Virus record (IMG/VR): IMGVR_UViG_3300034110_001237
Coordinates: 1-64,000 of that record
Origin: a virus
DNA length: 64,000 nucleotides
Strand: one strand, 5' to 3'
In this document: positions 1 to 9,866 of the stretch, piece after piece
How the letters are laid out: every line of letters starts with the position of its first letter
Position numbering within the stretch: the first letter of the stretch is position 1
Notes under the pieces: model-generated
Database searches by the model: none
Told to the model about the DNA's origin: nothing
Seen by the model: the letters and a program-made list of their open reading frames with translations, nothing else
Program-made: the position numbers and the translations under genes

Positions 1-321
1 ATGTCTCAACAACAAGGTCAACAAAAACAACAACCCATTCAAGTTCACCTGATTGGTAAAAACCTGAGCATGGTTGGTCATAGTTTTATGTTCCCAAAAG
101 GTTCAAAAGTTCACATTCAAAAACGTGTTGATGATCTGAAATCCAAAAGAAGTGTTTATCAAGGCGTTCACTTCGGGACTGGTTCAGTGGTTGAAGTTCA
201 GTTTGACGCGAAAACTCTTCGTCATATGCACTATGAAGACAAACCCCAGCAAGGTGCTTATCGTGTCTCATTGGTTGAAGCAGAACTTGAAGCACTTGAA
301 CTGCCAGCTATTCCATTCTAA
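1..321 (+). CDS. hypothetical protein
   Basis: 106-aa ORF followed by hairpin GTCCGG-TTCG-CCGGAC. Confidence 0.7.
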   Translation: MSQQQGQQKQQPIQVHLIGKNLSMVGHSFMFPKGSKVHIQKRVDDLKSKRSVYQGVHFGTGSVVEVQFDAKTLRHMHYEDKPQQGAYRVSLVEAELEALELPAIPF

Positions 322-366
322 TTACGCTTAAATCAGTCCGGTTCGCCGGACTTTGAGGGTTTGTTC

Positions 367-579
367 ATGACTAAGCATAAACATGCTGTATGTGTCTGTT
401 TTGAAGACTTGCAACTGGATGATGAAGTTGTCATTTGGGATCGCAATCATAATGCTCACGGAGCTAGTGGTGTTATCTATCACCTTGATGGTACTACAAA
501 GATGGTATCAGTTGTTACAAAAGGCATGGTGGATACATGGGAAGGTTTGTCGGATGGACTTCAAAAAATTGTAAAATGA
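367..579 (+). CDS. small hypothetical protein (possible SH3/KOW-like beta barrel)
   Basis: GAGGG RBS, ATG at 367; beta-rich pattern. Confidence 0.6.
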   Translation: MTKHKHAVCVCFEDLQLDDEVVIWDRNHNAHGASGVIYHLDGTTKMVSVVTKGMVDTWEGLSDGLQKIVK

Positions 580-772
580 ATATATATCTTTATTTAGAAC
601 CTCACCTTGTTGTGGGGTTTTTTGTTTTTTAATATTTGACTTTTTCTTTATTTATTATAATTTAGTATTAATCAAGGCATCTTGTAGATATGCCTACCTA
701 ATCACTAACTGGGAAGCCAACGCCATCTACCAAAACTAAATAACAGATAAAGTGATATCGGAGCATATACAC

Positions 773-2416
773 ATGAAAACGATCTATTTCATCGACAACG
801 AGTCGATCAAAAGAACAGCTAAGGCTATTCAAAAAACAAATCCAACCTTTAAATACACTGTCATATTAGATGACTTATCTAAAATTCTTGGATACTCATC
901 TTATAATCAATATGAACACTATCTTACCAATATAATGTTGTCTAATAGTTCTGGATTAGATAAAATCAAAGCATTAACCAAAATCAATTCAATCGAACTT
1001 GTCTTGTTGAAAAGAAAGTTTTTACAAGAACTCAGCGAAAAATCTTATTCAGTAGACACTTTACATTTTGTTGATAAAATTATAAGCAACCAACAACAAG
1101 GATTTTTGGAACATTCTTATTTAGATCTTAAAAGTTATGTTTACTATTTACCATTTGTTTTCAAAGATATAGACAGAATTAATTTTGCAGATTCCAACTT
1201 GATTAACAGTCATGAGTTACAAGACATTATTAAAATTGTCATGGATTATTATCAATCAATAGACATCTCAGCAGTGAAATCACTTGTTGAACAATTTAAA
1301 TCAAATCCTGATTGTGTAGACGATTCAAACTTTTGTTCTCAGTATAATAGTTACAATACAAACTTAAAAACACGAGGAATATATTATTATATCAAATCTG
1401 TTATTGAAGATTTTGATTATGACGAAGCCATACTGACTAAACTAATTTTAAATGGTGACAGTGTTGAAAAGATTGAGCATGAATTGAATTATAGAATAGA
1501 TAAAATCAACGACATTCAAATTCCAGTGTTTTTCAAAAAAGACAAACAATCATTTGTGAATGATTACTTCCCCTTCATACAATCATCAATAAGTGAAAAC
1601 AAACCGCTTATTTTTGGAAAGCATGTTGATAAGACACCTTTTTTTGCTGAGATTGATTATTTACGTTCAAACATTTCATTACTGGGTGTTCCGGGCACTG
1701 GTAAGGGTTCGTTTTTGTACACCTTTATATTTCAACTATTAATGAATAATAGAGGTGTTTGTATTATGAACACTGCTGGCGAAACATTTATGGATCGTTA
1801 CATTACGCATATTGCTAGTTTTTTCAATAAAAAGGATGATGTCTTTGTCTTTAATAAAGATTCTAATATCAGAACTATTGCAGGTGCTGTTCATAATGAC
1901 AAAATTCTTTTAACCAGTTGTGCTAGAAAAATGGACGCAAGACGTGGTATAGATATCCACGAAACAGGAAGAGAACGATTTGAGGCTATTTTAACAGGTT
2001 TAACTGAATACTTTTTCACCTCAAAATTTAGAACTAAGAAATTGCCATTTTACATTATTCTTGAAGAATCACATATGTTGACAGATATCAGCGTAAACGC
2101 GAAGATAATGATTGAAAAATTGAATGCTTTGAATATTTTCTTTTTGTTTGACAGTCAAGTCTATGAAAAATCTATTCATGAAATTTGTGATACTCAGCTT
2201 ATTTCCAATAGCTCATTTTGGTGTTTAACGAAGAGTGCTAATTTCGAATTCAGTCAACTTATGAAAAAAATGGACGCAAATACTACATTGATAGGTAAGA
2301 CTGGCCCATCAAAAGCGTTACCACCTGTATTCAGTCTGATACACAAAGAACAATACGTTGATCAGTTCATCATAGAAGTTGATGATGGTTTATTTGAAAA
2401 CCTTCCTAATCCATGA
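773..2416 (+). CDS. P-loop NTPase, VirD4/TraD/HerA-like, with N-terminal small helical domain
   Basis: GGAG RBS before ATG 773; Walker A-like LLGVPGTGKGS, Walker B-like FYIILEESH; N-terminal KRTAKAI...LSKILGYSSYNQY resembles the 'glyoxalase superfamily' (Glyoxalase_8-like) N-domain. Confidence 0.65.
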   Translation: MKTIYFIDNESIKRTAKAIQKTNPTFKYTVILDDLSKILGYSSYNQYEHYLTNIMLSNSSGLDKIKALTKINSIELVLLKRKFLQELSEKSYSVDTLHFVDKIISNQQQGFLEHSYLDLKSYVYYLPFVFKDIDRINFADSNLINSHELQDIIKIVMDYYQSIDISAVKSLVEQFKSNPDCVDDSNFCSQYNSYNTNLKTRGIYYYIKSVIEDFDYDEAILTKLILNGDSVEKIEHELNYRIDKINDIQIPVFFKKDKQSFVNDYFPFIQSSISENKPLIFGKHVDKTPFFAEIDYLRSNISLLGVPGTGKGSFLYTFIFQLLMNNRGVCIMNTAGETFMDRYITHIASFFNKKDDVFVFNKDSNIRTIAGAVHNDKILLTSCARKMDARRGIDIHETGRERFEAILTGLTEYFFTSKFRTKKLPFYIILEESHMLTDISVNAKIMIEKLNALNIFFLFDSQVYEKSIHEICDTQLISNSSFWCLTKSANFEFSQLMKKMDANTTLIGKTGPSKALPPVFSLIHKEQYVDQFIIEVDDGLFENLPNP

Positions 2417-2519
2417 TTCATAAAGCTCCTATGGAGCTTTTGTTTTATCCCTTAATATAAGCATTTTCACATTTGACAAAATCTTCATTTGATGTACATT
2501 ATCTGTGGAGGTATTTTCT

Positions 2520-3359
2520 ATGTGGCTAACTAAATATTTTAATAAAAAACAAAATAAAGAAAACTCATTGATAAATCATATTAAGGATAACTATGATTTC
2601 GATGAAGTCTTTTTAATTAAAGAAACTGATGAATGTTTTTCATTAAGTATTAATCTTTTAGCGGCATCCATTATTGAGCGTAACAATAGTTCAATGGGAG
2701 TAGTAACTGTTGATCCAGTTCATATAGAAAAGTTAGTTAATCAAATAAAATCAGAAGGTGATTGTTTAATAATTAAATTTTCACGTCGATATGTCATGTC
2801 TACAGCATATTATTATGCTGTTTTGTTAAATAATTCTGAAGGCTATACAATCCCTTCTAGGTATATAACTGATCCACGATTATTTTCTACATTTCCTTCA
2901 CTTAGAGGATTTGACTACAAATTTATTGAAAACTTAATAAAATTTAAAAGTTATAGATATGTAAAAACTAACAACCATATTAACATAATACCTTCTTATT
3001 CCATTCGATTTCCTGTGAAACCCACTGGGTTACTGGAAAATTTTAGAGATAGCTATTCATTAAGAAATCTACAATCAACATGTTCTCGTGATTTAGAAGT
3101 TATTGTTGATATCGAAACCATTGATAAAATTGTTAATTACTCAGTTAAATTATTTTACGGAAATCTATTGTTGAAAGAAAAAAATGTTTTAGAAATTCCT
3201 GATCTTGAAGCTTTCTTTGACGACTTTTTATTTCCTTACAATATGAAATATGAATTAATTAATGAACTAGGTATATCATTACCTTTACAATTTACACCCG
3301 AGTTTTTAAAATCTATGGATGATGATTTTAAGCTTACCGTTGACATGTTAAAGATATAG
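2520..3359 (+). CDS. MxxI-tail family protein, paralog group A
   Basis: GGAGG RBS, ATG 2520; HIKDNYDFD, FLFP motifs; ends VDMLKI. Confidence 0.8.
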   Translation: MWLTKYFNKKQNKENSLINHIKDNYDFDEVFLIKETDECFSLSINLLAASIIERNNSSMGVVTVDPVHIEKLVNQIKSEGDCLIIKFSRRYVMSTAYYYAVLLNNSEGYTIPSRYITDPRLFSTFPSLRGFDYKFIENLIKFKSYRYVKTNNHINIIPSYSIRFPVKPTGLLENFRDSYSLRNLQSTCSRDLEVIVDIETIDKIVNYSVKLFYGNLLLKEKNVLEIPDLEAFFDDFLFPYNMKYELINELGISLPLQFTPEFLKSMDDDFKLTVDMLKI

Positions 3360-3372
3360 GAGAACATCAATC

Positions 3373-4254
3373 ATGGATTCATCTGTAAAAAAAAATTTAT
3401 CTACAGTAGATATTCTGTCTACTGAAAATAAAAGTTATGTTGATATTTTTTTAAATCATTTGAAAACTCAATATGACTACGACAGCGTATCTCTTTATAC
3501 ATTTAAAGCACCCTTCGAAAATTACAATTTTAGTATTTTAACTGATGCCCTTAACTCAATTCTTTCTGTGCTTTTAAAAAATCCTACAAAAGAAGATATT
3601 GAACGACGTAAAGAATTTTTATTGAATTATTTTGATACTATTAATATTGTAAAACTTACTAGGTCTTATGAATTGGATGAAGAAAACTTATATTTAATTA
3701 TTTCAGTTCATTTCAATGAAGCAAATGAATTTATAATAAGTTTGCCAGAAAAATTTAATAATCTGAAAATTATTAACCATCATAATGTTATTAATGATCA
3801 AATGAAGAGTTATTATTTTGACGATTACATGTCTTATTTAAATTTCAAAATAGATGTTGTATCAAAATCATGTATTTTAGAGGAATCTTTAATTGTTAAA
3901 ATAAAGGTTGCCGATGAAACACCATTATTGAGTTATAGCTATGATTCTAGATCATCCATTCAAACTAACTATAATAGAAAAGCACAACTTACTATAAGTT
4001 TAATAAAAATAAATGATCTTGAACTATTAATAGGTTTAAAACTTAAATTAAACAAAATCACACTAAAACAATACTCAGGTCATATTAATATTAATAATTT
4101 CAATATTAACAAGGTTGTTGAAAGATTTATTTTTCCATTAAATGAAGGTATTGAGTTATTGAATAGTTGGAATATTAATCCTCAATTAACTTACGATTTT
4201 ATGAATGTTGATTACAGTAATTTCTGGGATATTAAAATGATGGTGCAAATATGA
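3373..4254 (+). CDS. MxxI-tail family protein, paralog group A
   Basis: HLKTQYDYD, RKAQ, FIFPLNE; ends KMMVQI. Confidence 0.8.
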   Translation: MDSSVKKNLSTVDILSTENKSYVDIFLNHLKTQYDYDSVSLYTFKAPFENYNFSILTDALNSILSVLLKNPTKEDIERRKEFLLNYFDTINIVKLTRSYELDEENLYLIISVHFNEANEFIISLPEKFNNLKIINHHNVINDQMKSYYFDDYMSYLNFKIDVVSKSCILEESLIVKIKVADETPLLSYSYDSRSSIQTNYNRKAQLTISLIKINDLELLIGLKLKLNKITLKQYSGHININNFNINKVVERFIFPLNEGIELLNSWNINPQLTYDFMNVDYSNFWDIKMMVQI

Positions 4255-4270
4255 AAAATAGGGAATTCAC

Positions 4271-5197
4271 ATGAAAGAAGGGCATGTATTTAGATCGTTT
4301 ACTGATACTGGTAACATCTATTCACACCAAGTATTACAGAACAAGACACTTGAGAACTTCCTTTCTCACTTGAAAACATCTCTTGATTATGAACAAGCAG
4401 CTATTTATATTTACGATAACATACAAAAAGATACTAACATAGAACTTATTAGGGATGCTATTCATTTTATATTGCATGCTCGTTTCAATATTGTCGATCC
4501 AGAACAATATAATGAATTTAAAGAACTTTTGTTTACTTATTCTGACATTATTCAAGTTGTGCAATTAACTCGTGTCTACAAACGTCATAAAGAGCATCAT
4601 TATTTATTTGTATGCAGTTATTTTGATGGAGAAGACCTAAATATCATTATCCCAGCACAGTTAAATTATTACTCTTTATTAAGGGTGCCATTAGTTAACA
4701 TTCCTTTTAGTAATTTAGGAAACTATCATGTTAGACCTAAGCCGACCTATGAAGATTGTAATCATTTTATTGAATTTAAAGAACGTAAAGTAAATGCTAA
4801 ACAAACAATATTTTTTTTTCAATCTGTCTGCGAAATAAATATGGAAGTGAGTGACTTTAGTCCTATTTTAAGTAATCGACTTAAAACAAAATATGCCCCA
4901 ATAAGTTATGATAGAAAAGCACAAGTCATTCTAATACTGTATCCAGATGATGCTGAGTTTCAACTCGACTATTTTCTTGATTTATCTCTAATCATTGGAC
5001 AACGGGTTATCAAAAATAATTTAATGACTCATAATAGTCAACTAGACTTGGAAAAAATTATTGATAAATTTATCTTTCCACTGAATGAATCTTATGATCT
5101 TATCTCGGAATGGAATTTAGATCCTGAGTTGACCGAAGAGTTTATGTCTAAAGATTACGAATCGTTCTGGCAATTAAAAGAAATGGTGCAAATATGA
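4271..5197 (+). CDS. MxxI-tail family protein, paralog group A
   Basis: HLKTSLDYE, RKAQ, FIFPLNE; ends KEMVQI. Confidence 0.8.
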   Translation: MKEGHVFRSFTDTGNIYSHQVLQNKTLENFLSHLKTSLDYEQAAIYIYDNIQKDTNIELIRDAIHFILHARFNIVDPEQYNEFKELLFTYSDIIQVVQLTRVYKRHKEHHYLFVCSYFDGEDLNIIIPAQLNYYSLLRVPLVNIPFSNLGNYHVRPKPTYEDCNHFIEFKERKVNAKQTIFFFQSVCEINMEVSDFSPILSNRLKTKYAPISYDRKAQVILILYPDDAEFQLDYFLDLSLIIGQRVIKNNLMTHNSQLDLEKIIDKFIFPLNESYDLISEWNLDPELTEEFMSKDYESFWQLKEMVQI

Positions 5198-6111
5198 TTA
5201 AATCTTTTTTAAACCTGTTTAGGACTGTAAAAAAAGATGAATTCGTTATTGAACCTTTGCCAGTATCTGATGTTGATAACTTTTTCATGAAATTACAAAA
5301 ACCTTTAAATAACCTTGTGTCTTTTTTAAAAGAGACTTATTCATATGACCGAGTAACTTATTATTCTTTTGACCAGCCGTTTTCTAATTATTCAAAAAAA
5401 GCTAGAATAATTCTTGAAGATGCATTGATTAATATTTTTGGGGTTGATCATGTATCTTCAAAATTAGAAAGGTTAAGTAATTTTCAGTTTATTGTATGTG
5501 ATAGGGTTTATGATAACACTCATACATCCGATTACATACAGCTTTATCATTTTGATAATCCTGATGGCAAGTTGAGGATTCTTCTTGATGGAGATGAATC
5601 CCATCTAGGTTTTTTACGAATACCATTTATTAGTTTAAATGGGGTCATTGGATTAGAAAATCGAAAATTTTTAGAATATAGGGAAATATATGATGAAAAT
5701 TTATCTGAATTTCCAGTTTTTAGAACTCTTGATAATATTTACAGTAAAGTCATTTCTGTAAGAAAAACTCCACCTATTCTTGACATCCTTTATTATCCTT
5801 ACAATGAATCTGATTATCCATTGTATGAATATAGAGAAGCAGACTTTATCATTAAAAAGTATTTTGATCCATCTGGGTTTGAATATTGCTTATTTGAGTT
5901 ACGCTATGTCAAGGAAATTATAAAGACAAAAACGATCAAGATTGATTGTTTAGTTTTTGACATTAATAAAGAAGTTGATGAATTCTTATTTCCATTATTA
6001 GAAAAAACAGAAATGTTAGACGCTATCCATCTTGTTCCAACGCTTTCTGTTGAATTCATGAGTCAAGACTTTTCTGATTTTATTGCCGTAAAAAATATGA
6101 CCGTTATTTGA
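5194..6111 (+). CDS. MxxI-tail family protein, paralog group A
   Basis: FLKETYSYD, FLFPLLE; ends KNMTVI; ATGA overlap with upstream gene. Confidence 0.8.
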   Translation: MIKSFLNLFRTVKKDEFVIEPLPVSDVDNFFMKLQKPLNNLVSFLKETYSYDRVTYYSFDQPFSNYSKKARIILEDALINIFGVDHVSSKLERLSNFQFIVCDRVYDNTHTSDYIQLYHFDNPDGKLRILLDGDESHLGFLRIPFISLNGVIGLENRKFLEYREIYDENLSEFPVFRTLDNIYSKVISVRKTPPILDILYYPYNESDYPLYEYREADFIIKKYFDPSGFEYCLFELRYVKEIIKTKTIKIDCLVFDINKEVDEFLFPLLEKTEMLDAIHLVPTLSVEFMSQDFSDFIAVKNMTVI

Positions 6112-6176
6112 AGAATACCTTTGACGAAAATATTTTTTAAGGTATTCTGACAACTACATACAAGGAGATTACAGAT

Positions 6177-6392
6177 ATGACGATTTTTAATTCAAAAGGC
6201 GAAAATCACTCTGGTAAAGAGCTTTTTGACCGTGATGGTTTTGTAAAAGTAGATGTTCAACAAGAAATTTCAAAGGCAATACTCAACGATTTTCCAGCCA
6301 GTTCAGAGCTTGTTCGTTGTTATTACTCACTTAAATTCTGGCAAAGTCATCCCAATGAAACACCACAGATGATTTTCTCTCGAATCAAGTGA
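6177..6392 (+). CDS. small hypothetical protein
   Basis: own promoter (TTGACG at 6121), AGGAG RBS, terminator after. Confidence 0.7.
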   Translation: MTIFNSKGENHSGKELFDRDGFVKVDVQQEISKAILNDFPASSELVRCYYSLKFWQSHPNETPQMIFSRIK

Positions 6393-6419
6393 AAAAGACC
6401 TCCTAGTGAGGTTTTTTTA

Positions 6420-6448
6420 TTGCATAAACCTTTAAAACTGTGTATAAT
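6420..6448 (+). promoter_or_regulatory. sigma70-type promoter
   Basis: TTGCAT-17 bp-TATAAT with TG extension. Confidence 0.75.
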
Positions 6449-6484
6449 CGCTCCATCAACCTTCATCCACTTAGGAGTTAAATA

Positions 6485-7588
6485 ATGGAGTTGTTTCTAA
6501 TCGGCATTCCTTGTGCTTTCTTGCTTCCATTGATTTGCAAATTTATCTTTCCACATGACGTGACTGTGAAAGAATACCTGTTTGTTTCTTTTGTGAACGT
6601 GGTTTGTGTGACTATTTTCTATGCACTCATTAACCTTCATGCCACATGGGATACCGAAATTTGGAGCGGTCAGGTGACCAGCAAACAATCCGAACGTGTT
6701 TCGTGTGAGCACTCATACCAATGTAATTGCCGCCAGCAACGTTCAGGCACCGACAGTAAGGGTAATGCTACCTATACTACTGTATGTGATACCTGCTATG
6801 AGCATAGCTATGATGTGGATTGGCAAGTAGACAGTAACGTAGGTCGTGAACTGATTAATCGTGTTGACCGCCGTGGTCTTAAAGAACCACCACGTTTCAG
6901 CAAAGTTGAAGTGGGTGAACCTTTTGCAACAACCCGTAACTTCACCAACTACATTAAAGCAGCACCTGATACATTGTTTGTTGAAGCCGCTTCGATGAAA
7001 GATAAATATGTGGGCAGATTGCCAGAATACCCTGATATTTATGATTACTATCGTATCAACCGTGTTATCACGTTGGGTAAGGTTGGGGTTCCGGCGAATG
7101 ATTTAAACATCATGCTCAATGAGCAAATGCGTAAATGGGGGCCATTGAAACAAGGTAACGTGATTGCTGTGTTTGTTGATGATACTTATCAAGAAGACTT
7201 CTACCATGCTTTGCAGGCTCACTGGCTGGGTGGTAAAAAGAATGATATTATTGTGATTACGCAAGTTGATAGCACTGGTAAAGTGGGTTGGACACGTTTG
7301 TTCTCTCGGGCAGATACAGCAACTTTCGATAAATCAGTTGAATTTGATATTGTTGACATGAAACAGTTTGACAAAGTTAAATATGTTGAAATCTTGAACC
7401 AAAACATTGGTGAACGTTTTCACAGGATGGACTTCGAACAATTTAAATACTTGTTGGAAGAACTAAAACCCTCGACAACAGCGTTGATTGTTGGTATCTT
7501 CTTCGCTCTTATCATCAACGTGGGTTTGAACTTCTTGATTGTTAAACAAGATCTGTTTGGTGAAGGTTTCCGCAGACGTTTTCGCTAA
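6485..7588 (+). CDS. membrane protein with Cys/His-rich periplasmic segment (conserved phage-type membrane protein)
   Basis: two N-terminal TM, one C-terminal TM, CEHSYQCNC...CDTCYEH motif. Confidence 0.75.
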   Translation: MELFLIGIPCAFLLPLICKFIFPHDVTVKEYLFVSFVNVVCVTIFYALINLHATWDTEIWSGQVTSKQSERVSCEHSYQCNCRQQRSGTDSKGNATYTTVCDTCYEHSYDVDWQVDSNVGRELINRVDRRGLKEPPRFSKVEVGEPFATTRNFTNYIKAAPDTLFVEAASMKDKYVGRLPEYPDIYDYYRINRVITLGKVGVPANDLNIMLNEQMRKWGPLKQGNVIAVFVDDTYQEDFYHALQAHWLGGKKNDIIVITQVDSTGKVGWTRLFSRADTATFDKSVEFDIVDMKQFDKVKYVEILNQNIGERFHRMDFEQFKYLLEELKPSTTALIVGIFFALIINVGLNFLIVKQDLFGEGFRRRFR

Positions 7589-7592
7589 AATT

Positions 7593-7612
7593 AGCCCTTC
7601 GGGGCTTGTTTT
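7593..7612 (+). terminator. intrinsic terminator (cUUCGg loop)
   Basis: AGCCC-TTCG-GGGCT-TGTTTT. Confidence 0.65.
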
Positions 7613-7652
7613 AAATAGTTGTAAAAAAGCTTCAAAAAAGTAAAAAAATATA

Positions 7653-7681
7653 TTGCTACACAATCATTTACTTGCTATAAT
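7653..7681 (+). promoter_or_regulatory. sigma70-type promoter
   Basis: TTGCTA-17 bp-TATAAT. Confidence 0.75.
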
Positions 7682-7722
7682 CATCACCTAACTTAAATAA
7701 CTCTTAAAGGAGAGTGGAAAGA

Positions 7723-8325
7723 ATGAATACAATTAATAAACAACGCGGTAGTGCAGTAGCTTGGGTTCTTGGTGGTCTTTTTCTGTTTATTTTCGTAGCC
7801 AGTTTTATCAGTGTAGGTTTGGTCATTTCAAAACGTAATGCTTTTGTAAGAATTGAAAACAACATTGTGATTGGTTACGATGAATCGAAAAACGTTCACT
7901 CCAACTACGTGCTTCGTATTCAGGAAATGGCACAGGTTCCTAAAATGGCAACCAAGCAGTTGAGTGAAGTCATTAAAGCGAGTAACGAAGGTCGTTATGG
8001 TGCTGATGGTTCTAAAGCCGTGTTCCAGTTCTTGAAAGAGCAGAATCCGAATATTCCAGATAGCCTGTATACGAATATTCAAAAAGAAGTAGTGGGTGGA
8101 CGACTTGATTTCCAGTCCAAGATTACCCGAGTGAACGACAACAAGAAAGTCGCTTACAACATGCTTGATGATACCGTTGGTGGTTTTATCTTGAAAGACA
8201 TTTTGGGTATGCCACGTAAAAACATCGGTTACGATGGTGGTAAAGACGATTACCCAGTGATTATGTCTGAAACTTCTGTTGAGACGTTCAAAACTGGTGT
8301 AGATAAAGGTGTCAATATGCTCTAA
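7723..8325 (+). CDS. LemA-like single-TM membrane protein
   Basis: N-terminal TM then helical domain (N.F..IEN.I...Y; EQNP); adjacent to the 6485 membrane protein. Confidence 0.55.
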   Translation: MNTINKQRGSAVAWVLGGLFLFIFVASFISVGLVISKRNAFVRIENNIVIGYDESKNVHSNYVLRIQEMAQVPKMATKQLSEVIKASNEGRYGADGSKAVFQFLKEQNPNIPDSLYTNIQKEVVGGRLDFQSKITRVNDNKKVAYNMLDDTVGGFILKDILGMPRKNIGYDGGKDDYPVIMSETSVETFKTGVDKGVNML

Positions 8326-8338
8326 CCAGCGTATAAAT

Positions 8339-8365
8339 AAAAGGGAGCCGAAAGGCTCCTTTTTT
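8339..8365 (+). terminator. intrinsic terminator (GAAA loop)
   Basis: GGGAGCC-GAAA-GGCTCCT-T tract. Confidence 0.8.
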
Positions 8366-8424
8366 GTTGCTTGTCAGAATGTTTTTATGGTATAATCAAG
8401 TTATGTTCATTAATGGAGATACGA

Positions 8425-8814
8425 ATGTCAGCACAAAAATTCAGCAAACATCCAGAACACAAAATGGATGAAATCTATTTCGTAGCCGATGAAATGGGTC
8501 TGCAACGTCAAGACCTTGCTTATGAACATAGTAAAAGCTGTCGCTCACCTTACTGGAAACACTTTGAATCTGGTCGCCAGTTCCGTTACAACGAACAAAC
8601 GAACACGCTGGATGTGTCATCTACCGATATGGATCGTTGGGCCAACTCCACTGTATTGAGTGTTGAAGTGCCTGAACGACTGGATCGCTTTCGTCAATTG
8701 CTACTAGAATGCATTGTAATGACACACAACACCCCTATTTGGGACGATGAAGATGATGTTAAACGTAAACAACCACACACTCGTAAATGTCGTAATATTC
8801 GTCGTAAGCCTTAA
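8425..8814 (+). CDS. hypothetical protein
   Basis: GGAG RBS, ATG 8425, promoter upstream. Confidence 0.7.
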   Translation: MSAQKFSKHPEHKMDEIYFVADEMGLQRQDLAYEHSKSCRSPYWKHFESGRQFRYNEQTNTLDVSSTDMDRWANSTVLSVEVPERLDRFRQLLLECIVMTHNTPIWDDEDDVKRKQPHTRKCRNIRRKP

Positions 8815-8826
8815 TGGAGATAAACT

Positions 8827-9108
8827 ATGAACCCTAGTATACTAAGTCATTTTGTAGGCCGTGAGTTAAATATTACTCTTGCCATTTTCTTTTCATTGAT
8901 CTTGGTAGGAATTATGAGTTGGCCTTTTATTAAGCGTTGGTACTACAGTCGCTTGAAAAATCCTTTTGAAGTAACGCTGAAGGGTCGCACTTACCTCATT
9001 GACAAAAAATCAGGTGAATGGATTGTTGATCAAATGGCAAGACAAGACAAGGTGTTTGATGAACTAGAAGAAAAAGCTAGATCGTCCAAGGAAAATCGTT
9101 CATCATAA
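8827..9108 (+). CDS. small single-TM membrane protein
   Basis: GGAG RBS; hydrophobic segment aa 15-35. Confidence 0.7.
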   Translation: MNPSILSHFVGRELNITLAIFFSLILVGIMSWPFIKRWYYSRLKNPFEVTLKGRTYLIDKKSGEWIVDQMARQDKVFDELEEKARSSKENRSS

Positions 9109-9194
9109 TCTTATTATTTTATAATATTATTCGAAAATTATTGATTATTTGTAAAAATTGTGTTAGATTCTCCATGACTTCAGAGGATCTAACC

Positions 9195-9863
9195 ATGTCA
9201 AATACAAATTCTAAAAACATTACCGGAATTGAAGGCGTTTTTGTTACTCTTTTATTTTCATTTTTAGGCTATATTGTTGCTAGTTTTATAGTTTTTATCT
9301 TATCGATCAACTATCTTGATCAGCCTATAAGTTCAAGTCTCGCTTGGAATATTTTGTTGGCGAATTTTATAGTTTTGTTTTGCATTCTTCTATTCCTGCA
9401 TACATCCCCAGTGGCTAAATTAATCGGTTTATTACTCTTTTTCTCAATTAGTTTTTATTTGGGAACATATAAGCAGTCTACAGCTCGCTACTATCTCAAC
9501 GCTGGGTTTTACATGAATCCAGAACTCTATCCCGAAAATTCTAATCAACGTAAACTGGTGACAGATGTTATTGCACACAAAGACATTTCTTTGTTGGGCC
9601 AGTATGATACGACTTATTTTACTAAGGTTGATATTAACAAGCTGGGTAATATGACCAACTTTTTCATGACTTATGGTCAACGTAATGAGCAAATGAAACT
9701 GTATGAAACCAAGTTTAAAGAATTATTGAATTCTCAGTTTTTAACAGAGTGGGACTATACTCAATTTGAAAATGAAGTGGTTTCCTATTTGACTAATAGT
9801 GAGACGGCATTAAAACAAAACGAAAGCGTTTCAATGATTCACACAATAAAATTTGGAGCTTGA
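9195..9863 (+). CDS. membrane protein (3 N-terminal TM)
   Basis: GAGG RBS; three hydrophobic segments. Confidence 0.7.
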   Translation: MSNTNSKNITGIEGVFVTLLFSFLGYIVASFIVFILSINYLDQPISSSLAWNILLANFIVLFCILLFLHTSPVAKLIGLLLFFSISFYLGTYKQSTARYYLNAGFYMNPELYPENSNQRKLVTDVIAHKDISLLGQYDTTYFTKVDINKLGNMTNFFMTYGQRNEQMKLYETKFKELLNSQFLTEWDYTQFENEVVSYLTNSETALKQNESVSMIHTIKFGA

Positions 9864-9866
9864 TTT

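Noticed and set aside
678-687. Shared 10-mer CATCTTGTAG here and at 34761
   Set aside because: A single short match with unrelated flanks is compatible with chance.
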